This document shows positions 27,156 to 37,099 of a DNA stretch of 64,000 bases, piece by piece. The position numbers and the translations under genes were made by a program. The stretch comes from an uncultured Actinomycetes bacterium (GTDB taxonomy: Bacteria > Actinomycetota > Thermoleophilia > Solirubrobacterales > 70-9). The notes under the pieces were generated by a model, which saw only the letters and a program-made list of their open reading frames with translations, made no database searches and was not told the DNA's origin. The stretch is taken from assembly GCA_963751015.1 (NCBI GenBank), contig CAVVSU010000003.1, positions 13,681-77,680 of the forward strand, read 5' to 3'. The first letter of the stretch is position 1. Each line of letters opens with the position of its first letter.

Positions 27156-27656
27156 ATGCCGACTACCCGCTCCCGCGTTGGATTGACCCTCGTCGTCCTG
27201 GCGGCATTCGCCCTCGGCGCCCTGCTGCCCGGCGCCTTCGCCGAGGACGGGTCGGAACCGACCGCGGTTCGCAACGCGCTCGCCCGCGGCGGCAAGGTCC
27301 AGGGCGCGCCGAACCGGACCATGGTGCTGAGCCGGGTGGTGGTCGAACCCGGCGCGAAGCTGGCGCTCCATCACCACCTCGGGACGCAGATCTCCCGCGT
27401 CGCCTCCGGCACGCTCACCTACACGGTCCGTCAGGGCTCGGCGCTGGTGAACGAAGGCGACGCCGAAAAGGACCCGCGCCGGGTGCGGACGATCGCCGCC
27501 GGCCAGACCGCCCGCATCGAGGCGGGGCAATGGCTCGTCGAGCAGCCCTCCGACATCCACGAAGCGGCCAACCGGGGTGGCTCCCCGGTCGTCATCTACC
27601 TGGCGACGCTGCTGAAGAGCGGGGCGCCGCCGGCGACGCCGGTCACCCCGCCCTGA
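27156..27656 (+). CDS. Secreted cupin-domain protein
   Basis: Signal peptide RVGLTLVVLAAFALGALLPGAFA. Cupin-like core ...VEPGAKLALHHHLGTQISRVASGTL...IHEAANRG. Confidence 0.65.
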   Translation: MPTTRSRVGLTLVVLAAFALGALLPGAFAEDGSEPTAVRNALARGGKVQGAPNRTMVLSRVVVEPGAKLALHHHLGTQISRVASGTLTYTVRQGSALVNEGDAEKDPRRVRTIAAGQTARIEAGQWLVEQPSDIHEAANRGGSPVVIYLATLLKSGAPPATPVTPP

Positions 27657-27662
27657 TCCGGC

Positions 27663-29215
27663 CTACTTGCAGGCTCTGACGGTCCCCTTCAGCAGCCGCT
27701 TGATCTTCTTTTCCTTGCTGCCCTTGGTGAGAATCAAGGTCACCCTCGCCTTGGCGACGTGGACGGAGCCGGCGGCCATCGGCCCGGGGTTGACCAGGTA
27801 GCGGAAGGGCTTCTTCTTCTTGACCTTCAGCTTCTTGCCGTCGTAGATGAAGACGACCTTGGTGAAGCGGATCGTGCCGCCGAGCTTTTTCGAGAGCTGT
27901 TTGCGCTTGCGTTTGCCGACGCCCATGAAGAAGCGCTGTCGCGACTGCAGGCAGCTCTTCGGCAGTCGCAGCACGATGAGGAAGTTGCCGACTCTCTTGA
28001 CGATCGCCTTGGTTTTGCCTTTGTAGATCGGCGGCAGCGGCGGTTCTCCCGGCGGCACGCCGGCGATCGGGTTGAGGTCGGCGATCCGCAGGCCGGAACC
28101 GTCGCGGAAGAGGACCCAGCCGCTGCCGCCGTCGTTCGTCGCCAGCTCGGCGTTGGGGCCGAGCGAGTAACCGCTGCCGAGGAAGGCGACGTGGCTTTCG
28201 GCGTAGCTGCCGCCGCCGTCGGTCGAGGTGAAGAGGCGCATCACGAAGGCGTCGTCGCCGGCACGCTTCCCGGGCCAGACGACGGCGATCCGGTTGCCGC
28301 TCGGCGACTGGGCGATCGCCCCGCCGACGTAGAGGCTGGTGGAGGGGTCGACCGCGAGCGTCCGCGCCGCGCCGAAGTTCGTCCCCTCGTAGCGACGGAC
28401 GTTGATCGCGTTCGGGTACTGGCTGCCTCCGCTGTAGTCCTGGGAGACCATGAACAGCCCGGCCGGGCCGCCGGCCAGGTTCGGTTCGTAGCCCTTGGTC
28501 ACCTCGGTGGGACCGACCCAGTTGCTTTCGGTGGTGGGCGAGCCCGAACCGTCGTAGCGGTAGAAGAGCAGCGGGTAGGGCGGGTCGGAGATGTTCCAGT
28601 AGGCGATCACCGGGTTGGCGCCGTCCAGTCCCATGCTCGAGCCGGCGACGCCGCCGCTGCCGGGGCTTTCGAAGTTAAGCGCCCCACCGCCGAGGCCGCC
28701 GACTTCGGTGGTGCTGACGCCCAGGCCGGAATTGAAGGCACCGATGAGGAAGTTGGAGCCGACCAGGAAGGCGTCGGTCGGGTCGGTCTTGCTCGAGTAG
28801 TAGGCGCTTTCGGTGCCCCCGTCGAAGCTGACCCCGCCGTTGGTCGAGGTCCAGTAGATGACGTCGTTGTGGGGATACCGGGGGGCGACCACATAGAGCG
28901 TGTTGCCCGGCCCGAAGACCGGAATCGCCGCGGAGGCGCTGTCCGAGAGGCTTTTCGCGCCCGGGATCGGGAGGGTGATCGCCGAGCAGCCCCCGCCCGG
29001 CGCGATCTTGCAGAACCTCACCGGCTCGACGCCGGTGCCCACCCCTGGCTCGTCCAGGCGACGTAGGCGTTGCCCGCTCCGTCCTCGATCACGTGCCCGT
29101 CCGAGGTCGGGCTCGGGTCGAGGGTGAAGAGGTCGTTGGCGCCGGCGGCGCCGGGGAAGACGGCGAGAGCGAGGCTCGCCACGGTCAGCGTCAGGACTGC
29201 TCTCAAGGTCGGCAT
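27663..29215 (-). CDS. Secreted BNR/Asp-box (sialidase-like beta-propeller) protein with a Lys-rich C-terminal domain, interrupted by one frameshift near 29040
   Basis: The signal peptide and N-terminus lie in ORF 29018..29215 (MPTLRAVLTLTVASLALAVFPGAAGA...AYVAWTSQG). The body lies in ORF 27663..29042 (GTGVEPVRFCK...YWTSTNGGVSFDGG...TSTDGGGSY Asp-box-like repeats). The two frames join if the run CAGGGGTGGG had one more G. Confidence 0.6.
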
Positions 29216-29255
29216 GGCGGCACCCTAAGCGCCGCGGGCCGGCCTCGCAAGTGGG

Positions 29256-30512
29256 CTAAGCGTTGAGCCGAACCGGCAGCGTTTTCAGCTGGTTGAGAAA
29301 GCCCGACTCGATGTAGACGGGGTCTCCCGTCATCTCCATCTTCGGGTAGCGCTTCAGGGTCTCCTCGAGCAGGATGTTCAGCTCCAGCCGCGCCAGGGCG
29401 GCGCCGAGGCAGAAGTGGCGGCCGCCGGCGCCGAAGGCCTGGTGGTCGGGATTGCGAAGGACGTCGAAGCGGTCGGGATCCTCGTAGCGGGTCTCGTCGC
29501 GGTTGGAGGACGCGTACCACATGACCACCTTCTCGCCCTCTTTGATCTGCTGGCCGCCGAGCTCGGTGTCCCTGGTGGCGGTGCGGCGGAAGTGGGCGAA
29601 GGCGGGGAACATCCGCAGCGCCTCCTCGACCGCGCCGGGAACGAGCGAGGGGTCGTCGACCAGCTTCTGGCGCTGCTCCGGGTTTTCCATCAGCGCCCGC
29701 ATCGCGCTCGAGTAGGTGGCCTTGGTGCTGTCGTTGCCGGCGGCGACGAGGAGGAAGAAGCCCATCACGATCTCGTGCTCCTCGAGCTTCTGGCCTTCGA
29801 CTTCGGCGTGGACGAGGACGCTGGTCAGGTCGTCGGTCGGGTTCTCGCGGCGTTCGGCGATCATCGCCCCGCAGCGGGCGAAGACCTGCTGGATCGCCTC
29901 CTGGATCGTCGCTTCGACGCTCTCGACGTCGGGGCTGTAGTCGGGGTCGTTGGCGGCGAGCGCCATGTTCATCAGCTCGGCCCAGGCGGCGTCGTCCTCC
30001 TCGGGGATGCCCATGAAGCTGCCGATCACCCGCGAGACGGCGGGCTGGGCGACGTCGGTGACGAGGTCGCACTCATCGCGGCCCTCGAGGCGGTCGAGCG
30101 TGCCGGTGACGATCTCGCGGATCGCGTCGGTGTGCGCCGCGATCCGCTTCGGCGTAAAGCCGGCCTGGAAGAGCGCCTTCAGCCGGTCGTGCTTGGGCGG
30201 GTCCATGCCGATGAACATCGCCCGCGCCAGCTCGATCGGGAAGACCTCGTCGATGACGACGACGCCGCCGAGTTCGGAGGAGTACGTCTCCCAGTCGCGG
30301 CTCACCTTATGGACGTCATCGGCCCGGGTCACCGACCAGAAGCCCTTCGCCTGCGGCAGCTCGGTTACTTCGGAGGTCCAGTGGACGGGGCATTTGCCGC
30401 GCATCCGCTTGAACAGCTCCTGCGGCGGGCCGTTCTCCCAGTGCTCGCGCTCGAGCACCAGGGCGTCCTCGACGTCCCCTCCTCCAGCAGCGATCTCAGC
30501 CTGGTCAGCCAC
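29256..30512 (-). CDS. Cytochrome P450
   Basis: Heme-binding loop FGAGGRHFCLGAALA, EALR (ExxR) motif and I-helix LLVAAGNDST. Confidence 0.95.
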   Translation of the reverse strand: MADQAEIAAGGGDVEDALVLEREHWENGPPQELFKRMRGKCPVHWTSEVTELPQAKGFWSVTRADDVHKVSRDWETYSSELGGVVVIDEVFPIELARAMFIGMDPPKHDRLKALFQAGFTPKRIAAHTDAIREIVTGTLDRLEGRDECDLVTDVAQPAVSRVIGSFMGIPEEDDAAWAELMNMALAANDPDYSPDVESVEATIQEAIQQVFARCGAMIAERRENPTDDLTSVLVHAEVEGQKLEEHEIVMGFFLLVAAGNDSTKATYSSAMRALMENPEQRQKLVDDPSLVPGAVEEALRMFPAFAHFRRTATRDTELGGQQIKEGEKVVMWYASSNRDETRYEDPDRFDVLRNPDHQAFGAGGRHFCLGAALARLELNILLEETLKRYPKMEMTGDPVYIESGFLNQLKTLPVRLNA

Positions 30513-30794
30513 GCCCCGCGGATACTACTGGCTGGCTGGCCAGTTTTGGTCAGGCGGGACGGCCGAGGGGACGGCGCCCTGCTCGCCGCCCCCCGCCGTC
30601 GCGTCCCCGGAGGAGGATGGACGCCCCCGGTGAACCCCTAACAAGGAGAGGCCGCGGGTAGATCGGCTTGCCGGTTCCCTTGACCTTCATCCGCCCGAGT
30701 CTCCGTCCTCCCTCGGCCTGCCGCCACCGGGTGGCACCCCAAGATCGACCCTAAGATTCTTTGAGTACTGTCAGGGAATGAGGGGGGTATAACC

Positions 30795-33602
30795 GTGCTG
30801 CTCGAACGGGAGCGGGAGCTGGAGGAGCTCGAGGCCGCCGTCGGGCGTGTCGCCGGCGGGACGGGCTGTGCCGTCGGGATCGAAGCCGGCGCCGGATTGG
30901 GGAAGACCAGCCTGCTGCGGGAGGCTCGCCGGGCTGGCGCGCGCGCCCCGCTCAACGTCCTCACCGCCCGGGCCGGCGAGCTGGAGCGGGACTTTCCCTT
31001 TGCGCTGGTGCGGCAGCTGTTCGACTCCCCGCTCACCGGGCTGTCGGAAAAAGAGCGCGAGCAGGTCTTCGAGGGTGCGTCGGCCGCCCGGTCGGCACTT
31101 GGTCTCGACCGAGGCGGACCCCGCGATCGCGACGCCTTCGCCGTGCTTCACGCCCTCTACTGGATTACCGCGGCCCTTGCCGAGCGGCAGCCGCTCCTGC
31201 TGGCGATCGACGACGCCCATATCGCCGACCCGGCCTCGCTCGACTACCTCGGATTCCTGCTGCCCCGGCTTGAGGAGCTGCCGGTCCTGCTGATCCTCAC
31301 CGGCCGCCCCGAGGAACCCGATCCGTCCGGCGGCTTTCGGCGCTTGATGTCCGATCCGCTGGTGCGCCACGCGGTCCTGTCTCCGCTCAGCACCGCGGCA
31401 ACCGCGGAGCTGCTGGCGCAGGAGCTAGGGAGCCACCCGGAGCCCGGGCCCGCCGCCACCTGCCACGAGCTGAGCGGCGGCAACCCCTTTCTGCTCCGTG
31501 AGCTCGCCCGCACCGTCGTCCGCCAGGGCATCGAGCCGGGGCCTGAGCGCGCAGCGCGTGTACGGGGCCTGGTGCCGGAGCGGGTGGCGCAGACTGTCTC
31601 GCTGCGGTTGGAGCGGCTGTCCGCCGAGGCGGGGGCGATCGCGCGATCCCTCGCCGTCCTCGGCGACGGTGCCGACCCGCGGATACTGGCGGAGTTGGCG
31701 GGTGTCGGGGCCGATGGCGCCCCCGACGAGTTGCGAGCCGCCGCCATCCTCGACCCCGAAGTGTCGCTGCGGTTCATCCACCCGCTGGTACGCAACGCGG
31801 TCTACACGAGCATGCCGGCCGGCGAGCGTGCGCTTGCACATGCGAGAGCGGCGGCTCTGCTGCGCGACCGCGGCGCCGCTCCCGAGGAGGTCGCCACCCA
31901 GCTGTTGGCCGCCGAGAGCGGGGGAGACCGCGAGGCGGTCGAGACCTTGATCGAAGCGGGGGAGAGATCCCTCGGCAGCGGGGCGCCGCTTTCCGCGATC
32001 GCCTACCTCGATCGTGCCTTGCGGGAGCCGCCCCCATCGGACTTGCGAGCCTCGGTCTTGGAGCCACTCCTCTCCGCGGTCGTCAGGATCGGAGACCGCG
32101 ACGCCTTTGCGGCGATCGAGGAGGACCTGTTCGCGGAGATGGACCGTGACCCATCTCTGCGAAGCCGCTGGGCGGTCGTGTTGACCCTGGCGCTTGCGCT
32201 CAGCGGGCGCTTCGAAGACGCAATTTCGCTCCTTCGCGACGCTGTTGCGGTCGCCGAGGAGCAGGGCGAGCTCGAGCACGCCTACATCCTCTCCGTCCAG
32301 ATCAACACGCTGGCGGTGATCCTGCGCTCCTCCCGCCCGGAGCCTTTTCGCAACGCCGACAGAATCGATCCGAACAGCGCGGCTGGGCGGCTGGCGGCGG
32401 TGGTCGAGATGAGGGCGGCAGCGGTGGGGGGTAGCTCCGCAGATGCGGCAGCAGCCGCCGGGAGGGCGCTTGGCGACCACGCCGCCATCTTCGCCGAGGA
32501 TCCAGAGATGACCGCAGCGGTGGGGCTCGTGTTGATCCTCGTCGCAGCCGACGAAATGGAGCCCGCCCGCCAGGCAACCCGGCGAGCTTTGGAGATCGCC
32601 CGCGAGCGCGGTGCGACCGCTGCCCTGATACGTGCTCTGATGCTGAACAGCGTCGTCGGGTGGGGTGAAGGGGACCTGGTCAGCGCCGAGCCGGACATGC
32701 GCCAGGCGATGGAGCTGGCTCGCAATTTGGAAAGCATGCCGTTGATCCTCTCCATCGTCCCCTTGATGATCGAGATCTCGATCGAGCGCGACGAGCTGGA
32801 AACGGCCGAGCGGGAGCTCGCACTCACGGGCCTGGTCGATGGCCCGATGCCGGAGAGCCCCCTGTTCACCCTGCTGCTCTACGCCCGTGGACACCTGCGC
32901 TTCGCGCGGGGCGAGCTCGATCTGGCATCAGAGGACTTCGCGGCGCTTTCGACCCAGCCGGGAGGCTGGAGTTTCGACAACCTCTACGTATCTCACGCAG
33001 GTCCGCTGGCCGCGCGCACCCTGCGGGCGCTCGGGGATCTGAAGCATGCACGCGAGCTGGCCGCCAGCATGCAGTTCCTGGCACGCCGCTGGGGAAGCCC
33101 GTCGACGGGGGCGCATGCGCTCCGCGCCCGCGCCGCGGCCCACGAGAGCAAGGGGGCGATCGGTGACCTCGAAGGGGCCGCCGCATTGCTGGATGGCTCG
33201 CCTCGGCGCCTTGAGCACGCGCACGCGCTGCTCGAGCTGGGCGAAGCGCTTCGCCGCGAGGGCCGCCGCAGCCAGGCGCGGGAGCCGCTGCGGAGGGCAT
33301 TCGAGCTCGCCCGGCGGGGAGGGGCGACGAGGATCGCCCGGCGCGCCCACGGGGAACTGGAGGCGACCGGGGAAAAGATCCGCCGCTACGCCCCGATCGG
33401 AGTCGAGTCGCTGACGCCGAGCGAGCGCCGTGTTGCCGAGCTGGCAGCCGGCGGGATGACCAACCGGCAGATCGCCCAGTCCCTCTTCGTCACCTTGAAG
33501 ACGGTCGAGGCGCACCTCAGTGCTACCTACGACAAGCTGGACATCAGCTCGCGGCGGCAGCTATCCGGCGCTCTAGTGGACGAGAGTTCCTCGGCGGACT
33601 AA
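30795..33602 (+). CDS. Large ATP-binding LuxR-family (LAL/MalT-like) transcriptional regulator
   Basis: N-terminal Walker A GIEAGAGLGKTSLL, a long helical/TPR-like middle region, and a C-terminal LuxR HTH LTPSERRVAELAAGGMTNRQIAQSLFVTLKTVEAHLSATYDKL. Confidence 0.9.
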   Translation: MLLERERELEELEAAVGRVAGGTGCAVGIEAGAGLGKTSLLREARRAGARAPLNVLTARAGELERDFPFALVRQLFDSPLTGLSEKEREQVFEGASAARSALGLDRGGPRDRDAFAVLHALYWITAALAERQPLLLAIDDAHIADPASLDYLGFLLPRLEELPVLLILTGRPEEPDPSGGFRRLMSDPLVRHAVLSPLSTAATAELLAQELGSHPEPGPAATCHELSGGNPFLLRELARTVVRQGIEPGPERAARVRGLVPERVAQTVSLRLERLSAEAGAIARSLAVLGDGADPRILAELAGVGADGAPDELRAAAILDPEVSLRFIHPLVRNAVYTSMPAGERALAHARAAALLRDRGAAPEEVATQLLAAESGGDREAVETLIEAGERSLGSGAPLSAIAYLDRALREPPPSDLRASVLEPLLSAVVRIGDRDAFAAIEEDLFAEMDRDPSLRSRWAVVLTLALALSGRFEDAISLLRDAVAVAEEQGELEHAYILSVQINTLAVILRSSRPEPFRNADRIDPNSAAGRLAAVVEMRAAAVGGSSADAAAAAGRALGDHAAIFAEDPEMTAAVGLVLILVAADEMEPARQATRRALEIARERGATAALIRALMLNSVVGWGEGDLVSAEPDMRQAMELARNLESMPLILSIVPLMIEISIERDELETAERELALTGLVDGPMPESPLFTLLLYARGHLRFARGELDLASEDFAALSTQPGGWSFDNLYVSHAGPLAARTLRALGDLKHARELAASMQFLARRWGSPSTGAHALRARAAAHESKGAIGDLEGAAALLDGSPRRLEHAHALLELGEALRREGRRSQAREPLRRAFELARRGGATRIARRAHGELEATGEKIRRYAPIGVESLTPSERRVAELAAGGMTNRQIAQSLFVTLKTVEAHLSATYDKLDISSRRQLSGALVDESSSAD

Positions 33603-33841
33603 AACGGCGCCTTCTCGCGCGCTTTCTTCCCCGCCGAGTGGCTCTTGTCGCTTGCCCGCTGAGATTTGCCGAAGGACTTGCTGAGCAGGGTGCCGATCGG
33701 GCCGGGCGCCTTGCTGCCGGCGCGCTGGCCGACGCCGAAGCCCTTGTCGGTTCCCCGCTTGGCGTGGTTGGAGAGCCGCGGCACGAGGAAGCCGAGGATC
33801 AAGAGCAGCACACAGATTCCTACTACGACTCCGATAACCAT
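33599..33841 (-). CDS. Small membrane protein (hypothetical)
   Basis: MVIGVVVGICVLLLILGFLVPRL is an N-terminal TM, followed by a basic tail. Confidence 0.5.
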   Translation of the reverse strand: MVIGVVVGICVLLLILGFLVPRLSNHAKRGTDKGFGVGQRAGSKAPGPIGTLLSKSFGKSQRASDKSHSAGKKAREKAPF

Positions 33842-33868
33842 TGGTTCTCCCCTTATTGGTGGTTCGAC

Positions 33869-34144
33869 CTAGAGCTTCTGCTCGAGGTCGTCAGCTTTAC
33901 TGCCGTGGCGCTCGGCGATCTGGCGCTCGCGCTCGGCTCGCTCGGCCGCCTCCTGCGCAGCCTGCTCGTGCTCCTGAGCCTTGCTGGCGTGCACCTCGGC
34001 CTCGTTGCGATGGCCGCCGGCCTGTTCGCTGAGGCGCTGGCGCTCCAGCTCGCGTTCGGCGCGACGCTTGCGTGCGGCCCTCAGGGCGAGGACCAGCAGG
34101 ATGGCGACGACTACGACTATGGCGATGATCAGTACGGTTGACAT
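33869..34144 (-). CDS. Small membrane-anchored coiled-coil protein (hypothetical)
   Basis: MSTVLIIAIVVVVAILLVLAL is a TM segment, followed by a charged helical region (RAERELERQRLSEQ...). Confidence 0.5.
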   Translation of the reverse strand: MSTVLIIAIVVVVAILLVLALRAARKRRAERELERQRLSEQAGGHRNEAEVHASKAQEHEQAAQEAAERAERERQIAERHGSKADDLEQKL

Positions 34145-34204
34145 GGCCCCTTAATTACCCGTCTGGCGATTGGTAAACCAAGCCGATCCGGGTAGCGGTG
34201 GCCT

Positions 34205-34837
34205 GTGTTTCACTGGCTCACCCAGGAGGTCTCACACAGCGTCGTCACCTATCCCGTGCTGGGCTTCGCGGCGGCGGCCGACGTCGTCTTCCCGCTGATC
34301 CCCTCGGAGACGATCGTGATCACCGCCTCGGTGTTGGCGGCGCAGGGGGACCTGCTGATCTGGGTGATCGTCCCGGTCGTCGCCCTCGGGGCCTTCGTCG
34401 GCGACAACCTCTGCTACTGGCTCGGCCGCAAGATCGGCGACCCGATCGCCGACCGGCTCTTCGACGGCGAGAAGGGACAGGCGCGGCTGAAGTGGGCCGA
34501 GGAAGCGCTGCGCCGCCGCGGGGCGATCCTGATCGGCGTCGGCCGCTTCATCCCCGGCGGCCGCACCGCGACCACCTTCGCCGCCGGCACCCTGGAGATG
34601 CCCTATCGCCAGTTCGTCGTCGCCGATGCGGTGGCGGCGTCGCTGTGGGCGCTCTACGTCTCGATGCTCGGCTACCTCGGCGGCGAGACCTTCAACGAAA
34701 GCCTCTGGCTGCCGCTCGCCGCCTCCTTCGGCGCCGCGATGACGGTCGGGCTCGGGTTCGAGGTCTGGCGCCGGCTGCAGAGCCGCCGTGGCAAGGACAT
34801 CCTCGGCGACGAGCTGCCGGAGGAGCTGGCCGCCTGA
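34205..34837 (+). CDS. DedA-family (SNARE-associated) membrane protein
   Basis: ...VFPLIPSETIVITASVLAAQG...GRFIPGGRTATTFAAGTLEMPYRQF are DedA signatures. Confidence 0.85.
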   Translation: MFHWLTQEVSHSVVTYPVLGFAAAADVVFPLIPSETIVITASVLAAQGDLLIWVIVPVVALGAFVGDNLCYWLGRKIGDPIADRLFDGEKGQARLKWAEEALRRRGAILIGVGRFIPGGRTATTFAAGTLEMPYRQFVVADAVAASLWALYVSMLGYLGGETFNESLWLPLAASFGAAMTVGLGFEVWRRLQSRRGKDILGDELPEELAA

Positions 34838-34892
34838 TCCGCGGTGTCGAGGGCGGCTCCTCGCTTTGGGATATCCAAGATATACTCTGCCC

Positions 34893-35138
34893 ATGGCAAA
34901 GGTCCTGGTCTCCTTCGACGAGAAACTGCTGAAGCGGATCGATCGGGCGGCCGCGGCGAGCGGGGAGACCCGAAGCGGGTATCTCGCTCGGCTCGCCGAA
35001 TCCCAGATCGGCCGGGGTACCGGTCCCGGCAGGAGTCCCGGCGCGCGGCGCGCGATGCAAACCCTCGATCGTCTCTTCGTCGACTCACCCCCCGGCGACT
35101 CGACCGCTGCGGTGCGGGCGGATCGCGACGCACGTTGA
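34893..35138 (+). CDS. vapB: Ribbon-helix-helix antitoxin (VapB/CopG type)
   Basis: MAKVLVSFDEKLLKRIDRAAAASGETRSGYLARLAE has the RHH pattern. It sits immediately upstream of, and overlaps, a PIN gene. Confidence 0.75.
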   Translation: MAKVLVSFDEKLLKRIDRAAAASGETRSGYLARLAESQIGRGTGPGRSPGARRAMQTLDRLFVDSPPGDSTAAVRADRDAR

Positions 35139-35539
35139 GGGAAGCCGTCCTCGACGCCTCGGTCGTCCTCAAGTGGTTTCACCGTGGGGACGAGGTCCAC
35201 GCCGAGGCGGCGGGGCTGCTGCGCGGGGACTTCGAAGCAGGAGAGCTGAGGGTTATCGCTCCACCTCTCCTCTGGCTGGAGATCATCAACGTGGCCGCGC
35301 GACGGTGGGGCTGGGACTCGTCGCAATTGGAGGCACTGGCGGCATCGTTGTCGGAGCTCGGCTTCGAGCTCGTCGAGCCCGAGCCGGAGGCGATCGCCCG
35401 CTGGGCCGGTCGCGGCCTGACCGCCTACGACGCCGCCTATGTCGCGGTCGCCGAGGAAACCGGAGCGCCGGTGATCACTGACGACGCCCAGATCTGCCGG
35501 CTGGCGACGGGGCTGTCAGAGCCGCTGGGCGAGCGCTAG
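35135..35539 (+). CDS. vapC: PIN-domain toxin (VapC type), TTG start overlapping the vapB stop (TTGA)
   Basis: (L)REAVLDASVVLKWF...LLWLEIINVA...LTAYDAAYVAVAEETGAPVITDD has the PIN acidic residues (D..E..D..D). Confidence 0.75.
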   Translation: MREAVLDASVVLKWFHRGDEVHAEAAGLLRGDFEAGELRVIAPPLLWLEIINVAARRWGWDSSQLEALAASLSELGFELVEPEPEAIARWAGRGLTAYDAAYVAVAEETGAPVITDDAQICRLATGLSEPLGER

Positions 35540-36834
35540 CTGCCGGAGGCCTCGCGCACGGTCGCCTCGATCAGGTCCGCGGCCCGCTCGGTCCCGCGGG
35601 CGCCGCGCAGCCGCTCCGAGGTGGACGCGAGGCGCGAGCGCAGCTCGGTGTCGGCGAGCAGGCGGTCGATCGCGCCGGTCAGCTCCTCGCCGCTGTGGCG
35701 GTAGGTGTCGAGCCGGGCGCCGAAGCCGGTCTCGTCGATCCGCTGGGCGTTGTCGTGCTGGTCCCAGAAGATCGGCAGCACCACCATCGGCTTGCCGAAG
35801 TGCAGGCACTCGGTGACGGTGTTGTTGCCGCCGTGGGTGATCACCAGGTCGACCTTGGGCAGGACTTCGGTCTGCGGCAGGAACTCCTCGCCGGCCATGT
35901 TCCCGGCGAGCTCGAGCTCGGCGTGCTGGGGACCCTTGGAGACGACGATCCGGTACGGCGCCTCCGCCAGCTCGGCGATCAGCTTCCGCATCAGCTCGAC
36001 GTCGGCCGAGCCGAGCGAGCCGAGGCTGAGGTAGACCAGCGGCCCCTCGCGCTCCCGCAGCGCCGGCGGCAGCTCCCAGGCCGGGTCGGTCCTCCGCACG
36101 CTGCTCTGCAGGTTGTGCCAGCGCGGCCCCAGCGGGCGGGCGCGCGGGTAGTCGACCTCGTCGGGATAGATGTAGAGGTTCAGCCAGTCGCTTTCGTGGA
36201 TGAAGTCGTCGGCGGGCAGCGGCGGCGCCCCGCGCTCGGTGCAGAACTCGCTGAAGGAGGCGTGCAGCTCGCGATGGGCGTCGCGGTATGCGTCCCAGAA
36301 CGGCGCCCAGCCGCTGCGCTCGGCGCTCGGCAGGCCGGAGAAGACCGGCGGGACCTCGGGGTCCTTCATCTCCGCCGGGTTGCAGGAGGCGATCCGCGCC
36401 CAGGGCGTGCCGCCGGCGAGCAGCGCCGGGAAGCTGACGACGTTGTCCTCGACCACCAGGTCCGGCGCCAGCTCGTCGATGATCTCGCGCAGGCGGTCGT
36501 CGACGTAGCGGGCGCCGTCGACCAGCGCCTCGAAGGTTGGGGCGATGAACTCGGCCAGCTGCTCCGTGGTCGATTTGCGGAAGACCGGCGCGGTGTCGCG
36601 GATGAAGTCCTTCCAGAACTGGCCCGGCGCTTCCTCGGTCTCCGGCGGCGGCGTCAGCCGCATCAGCCGCTCCTCGAACCCCTGCGTCTCGAGCGTCCCG
36701 GCGAACGACTCCTCGACGATGAAGACGACCCGGTGCCCGCGCTCGCGCAGGACGGCGCCGATCCCGACGCAGTTGTTGGTCGGCCCGAACGCCCCCTCGG
36801 GGAAGAAGACGATCGTCGACCCGCTGCCCTGCAT
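35536..36834 (-). CDS. GT1-family UDP-glycosyltransferase (MGT/macrolide-glycosyltransferase-like)
   Basis: The C-terminal nucleotide-sugar signature is VITHGGNNTVTECLHFGKPMVVLPIFWDQHDNAQRI. Confidence 0.85.
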   Translation of the reverse strand: MQGSGSTIVFFPEGAFGPTNNCVGIGAVLRERGHRVVFIVEESFAGTLETQGFEERLMRLTPPPETEEAPGQFWKDFIRDTAPVFRKSTTEQLAEFIAPTFEALVDGARYVDDRLREIIDELAPDLVVEDNVVSFPALLAGGTPWARIASCNPAEMKDPEVPPVFSGLPSAERSGWAPFWDAYRDAHRELHASFSEFCTERGAPPLPADDFIHESDWLNLYIYPDEVDYPRARPLGPRWHNLQSSVRRTDPAWELPPALREREGPLVYLSLGSLGSADVELMRKLIAELAEAPYRIVVSKGPQHAELELAGNMAGEEFLPQTEVLPKVDLVITHGGNNTVTECLHFGKPMVVLPIFWDQHDNAQRIDETGFGARLDTYRHSGEELTGAIDRLLADTELRSRLASTSERLRGARGTERAADLIEATVREASGS

Positions 36835-37099
36835 CGGCCCATCTTGGAGGACCTGTCACCGGGCCGCAATGTCCGAGGTGTAGAGGCCGACGTCCGCGTT
36901 TGCTTCAATCGGATCACCAGAGAAAGGAGGTGGTCCTATTTTGAGTCACATGCTTGGAGGGACTCTGGAGGTGCAGGGCCGCTAGGCGCCGCACTGGTTT
37001 GGGCGCCCGGCGGAATCCACCCCGGGCACCGGCGAGCGTAGGGAGACCGGACTTTGTCCCATCCGGCCGCAGTTCTCGCGTTCGTTTCCTATGCACCAG

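Noticed and set aside
30513-30794. A possible biarylitide-type mini-peptide gene (MxYxH pentapeptide) upstream of the cytochrome P450
   Set aside because: I read the 280-nt P450/LuxR intergenic region on both strands. It has no Shine-Dalgarno-preceded 5-6-codon ORF of that pattern. The only mini-ORF (ATG at 30617) has its Shine-Dalgarno fused directly to the start codon.
34860-34892. A palindromic operator upstream of vapB
   Set aside because: Only the 8-bp core GGATATCC is truly palindromic and the flanks do not pair well. That is too weak to annotate as a feature.
36960-37095. A cobalamin or second ydaO-type riboswitch in the structured region before the orphan terminator
   Set aside because: Fragments such as GGCGGAATCCACC and GGGAGACCGG vaguely recall B12/ydaO cores. 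The full set of conserved blocks is absent, and the neighbouring genes have no matching function. I kept it only as an unclassified structured region.
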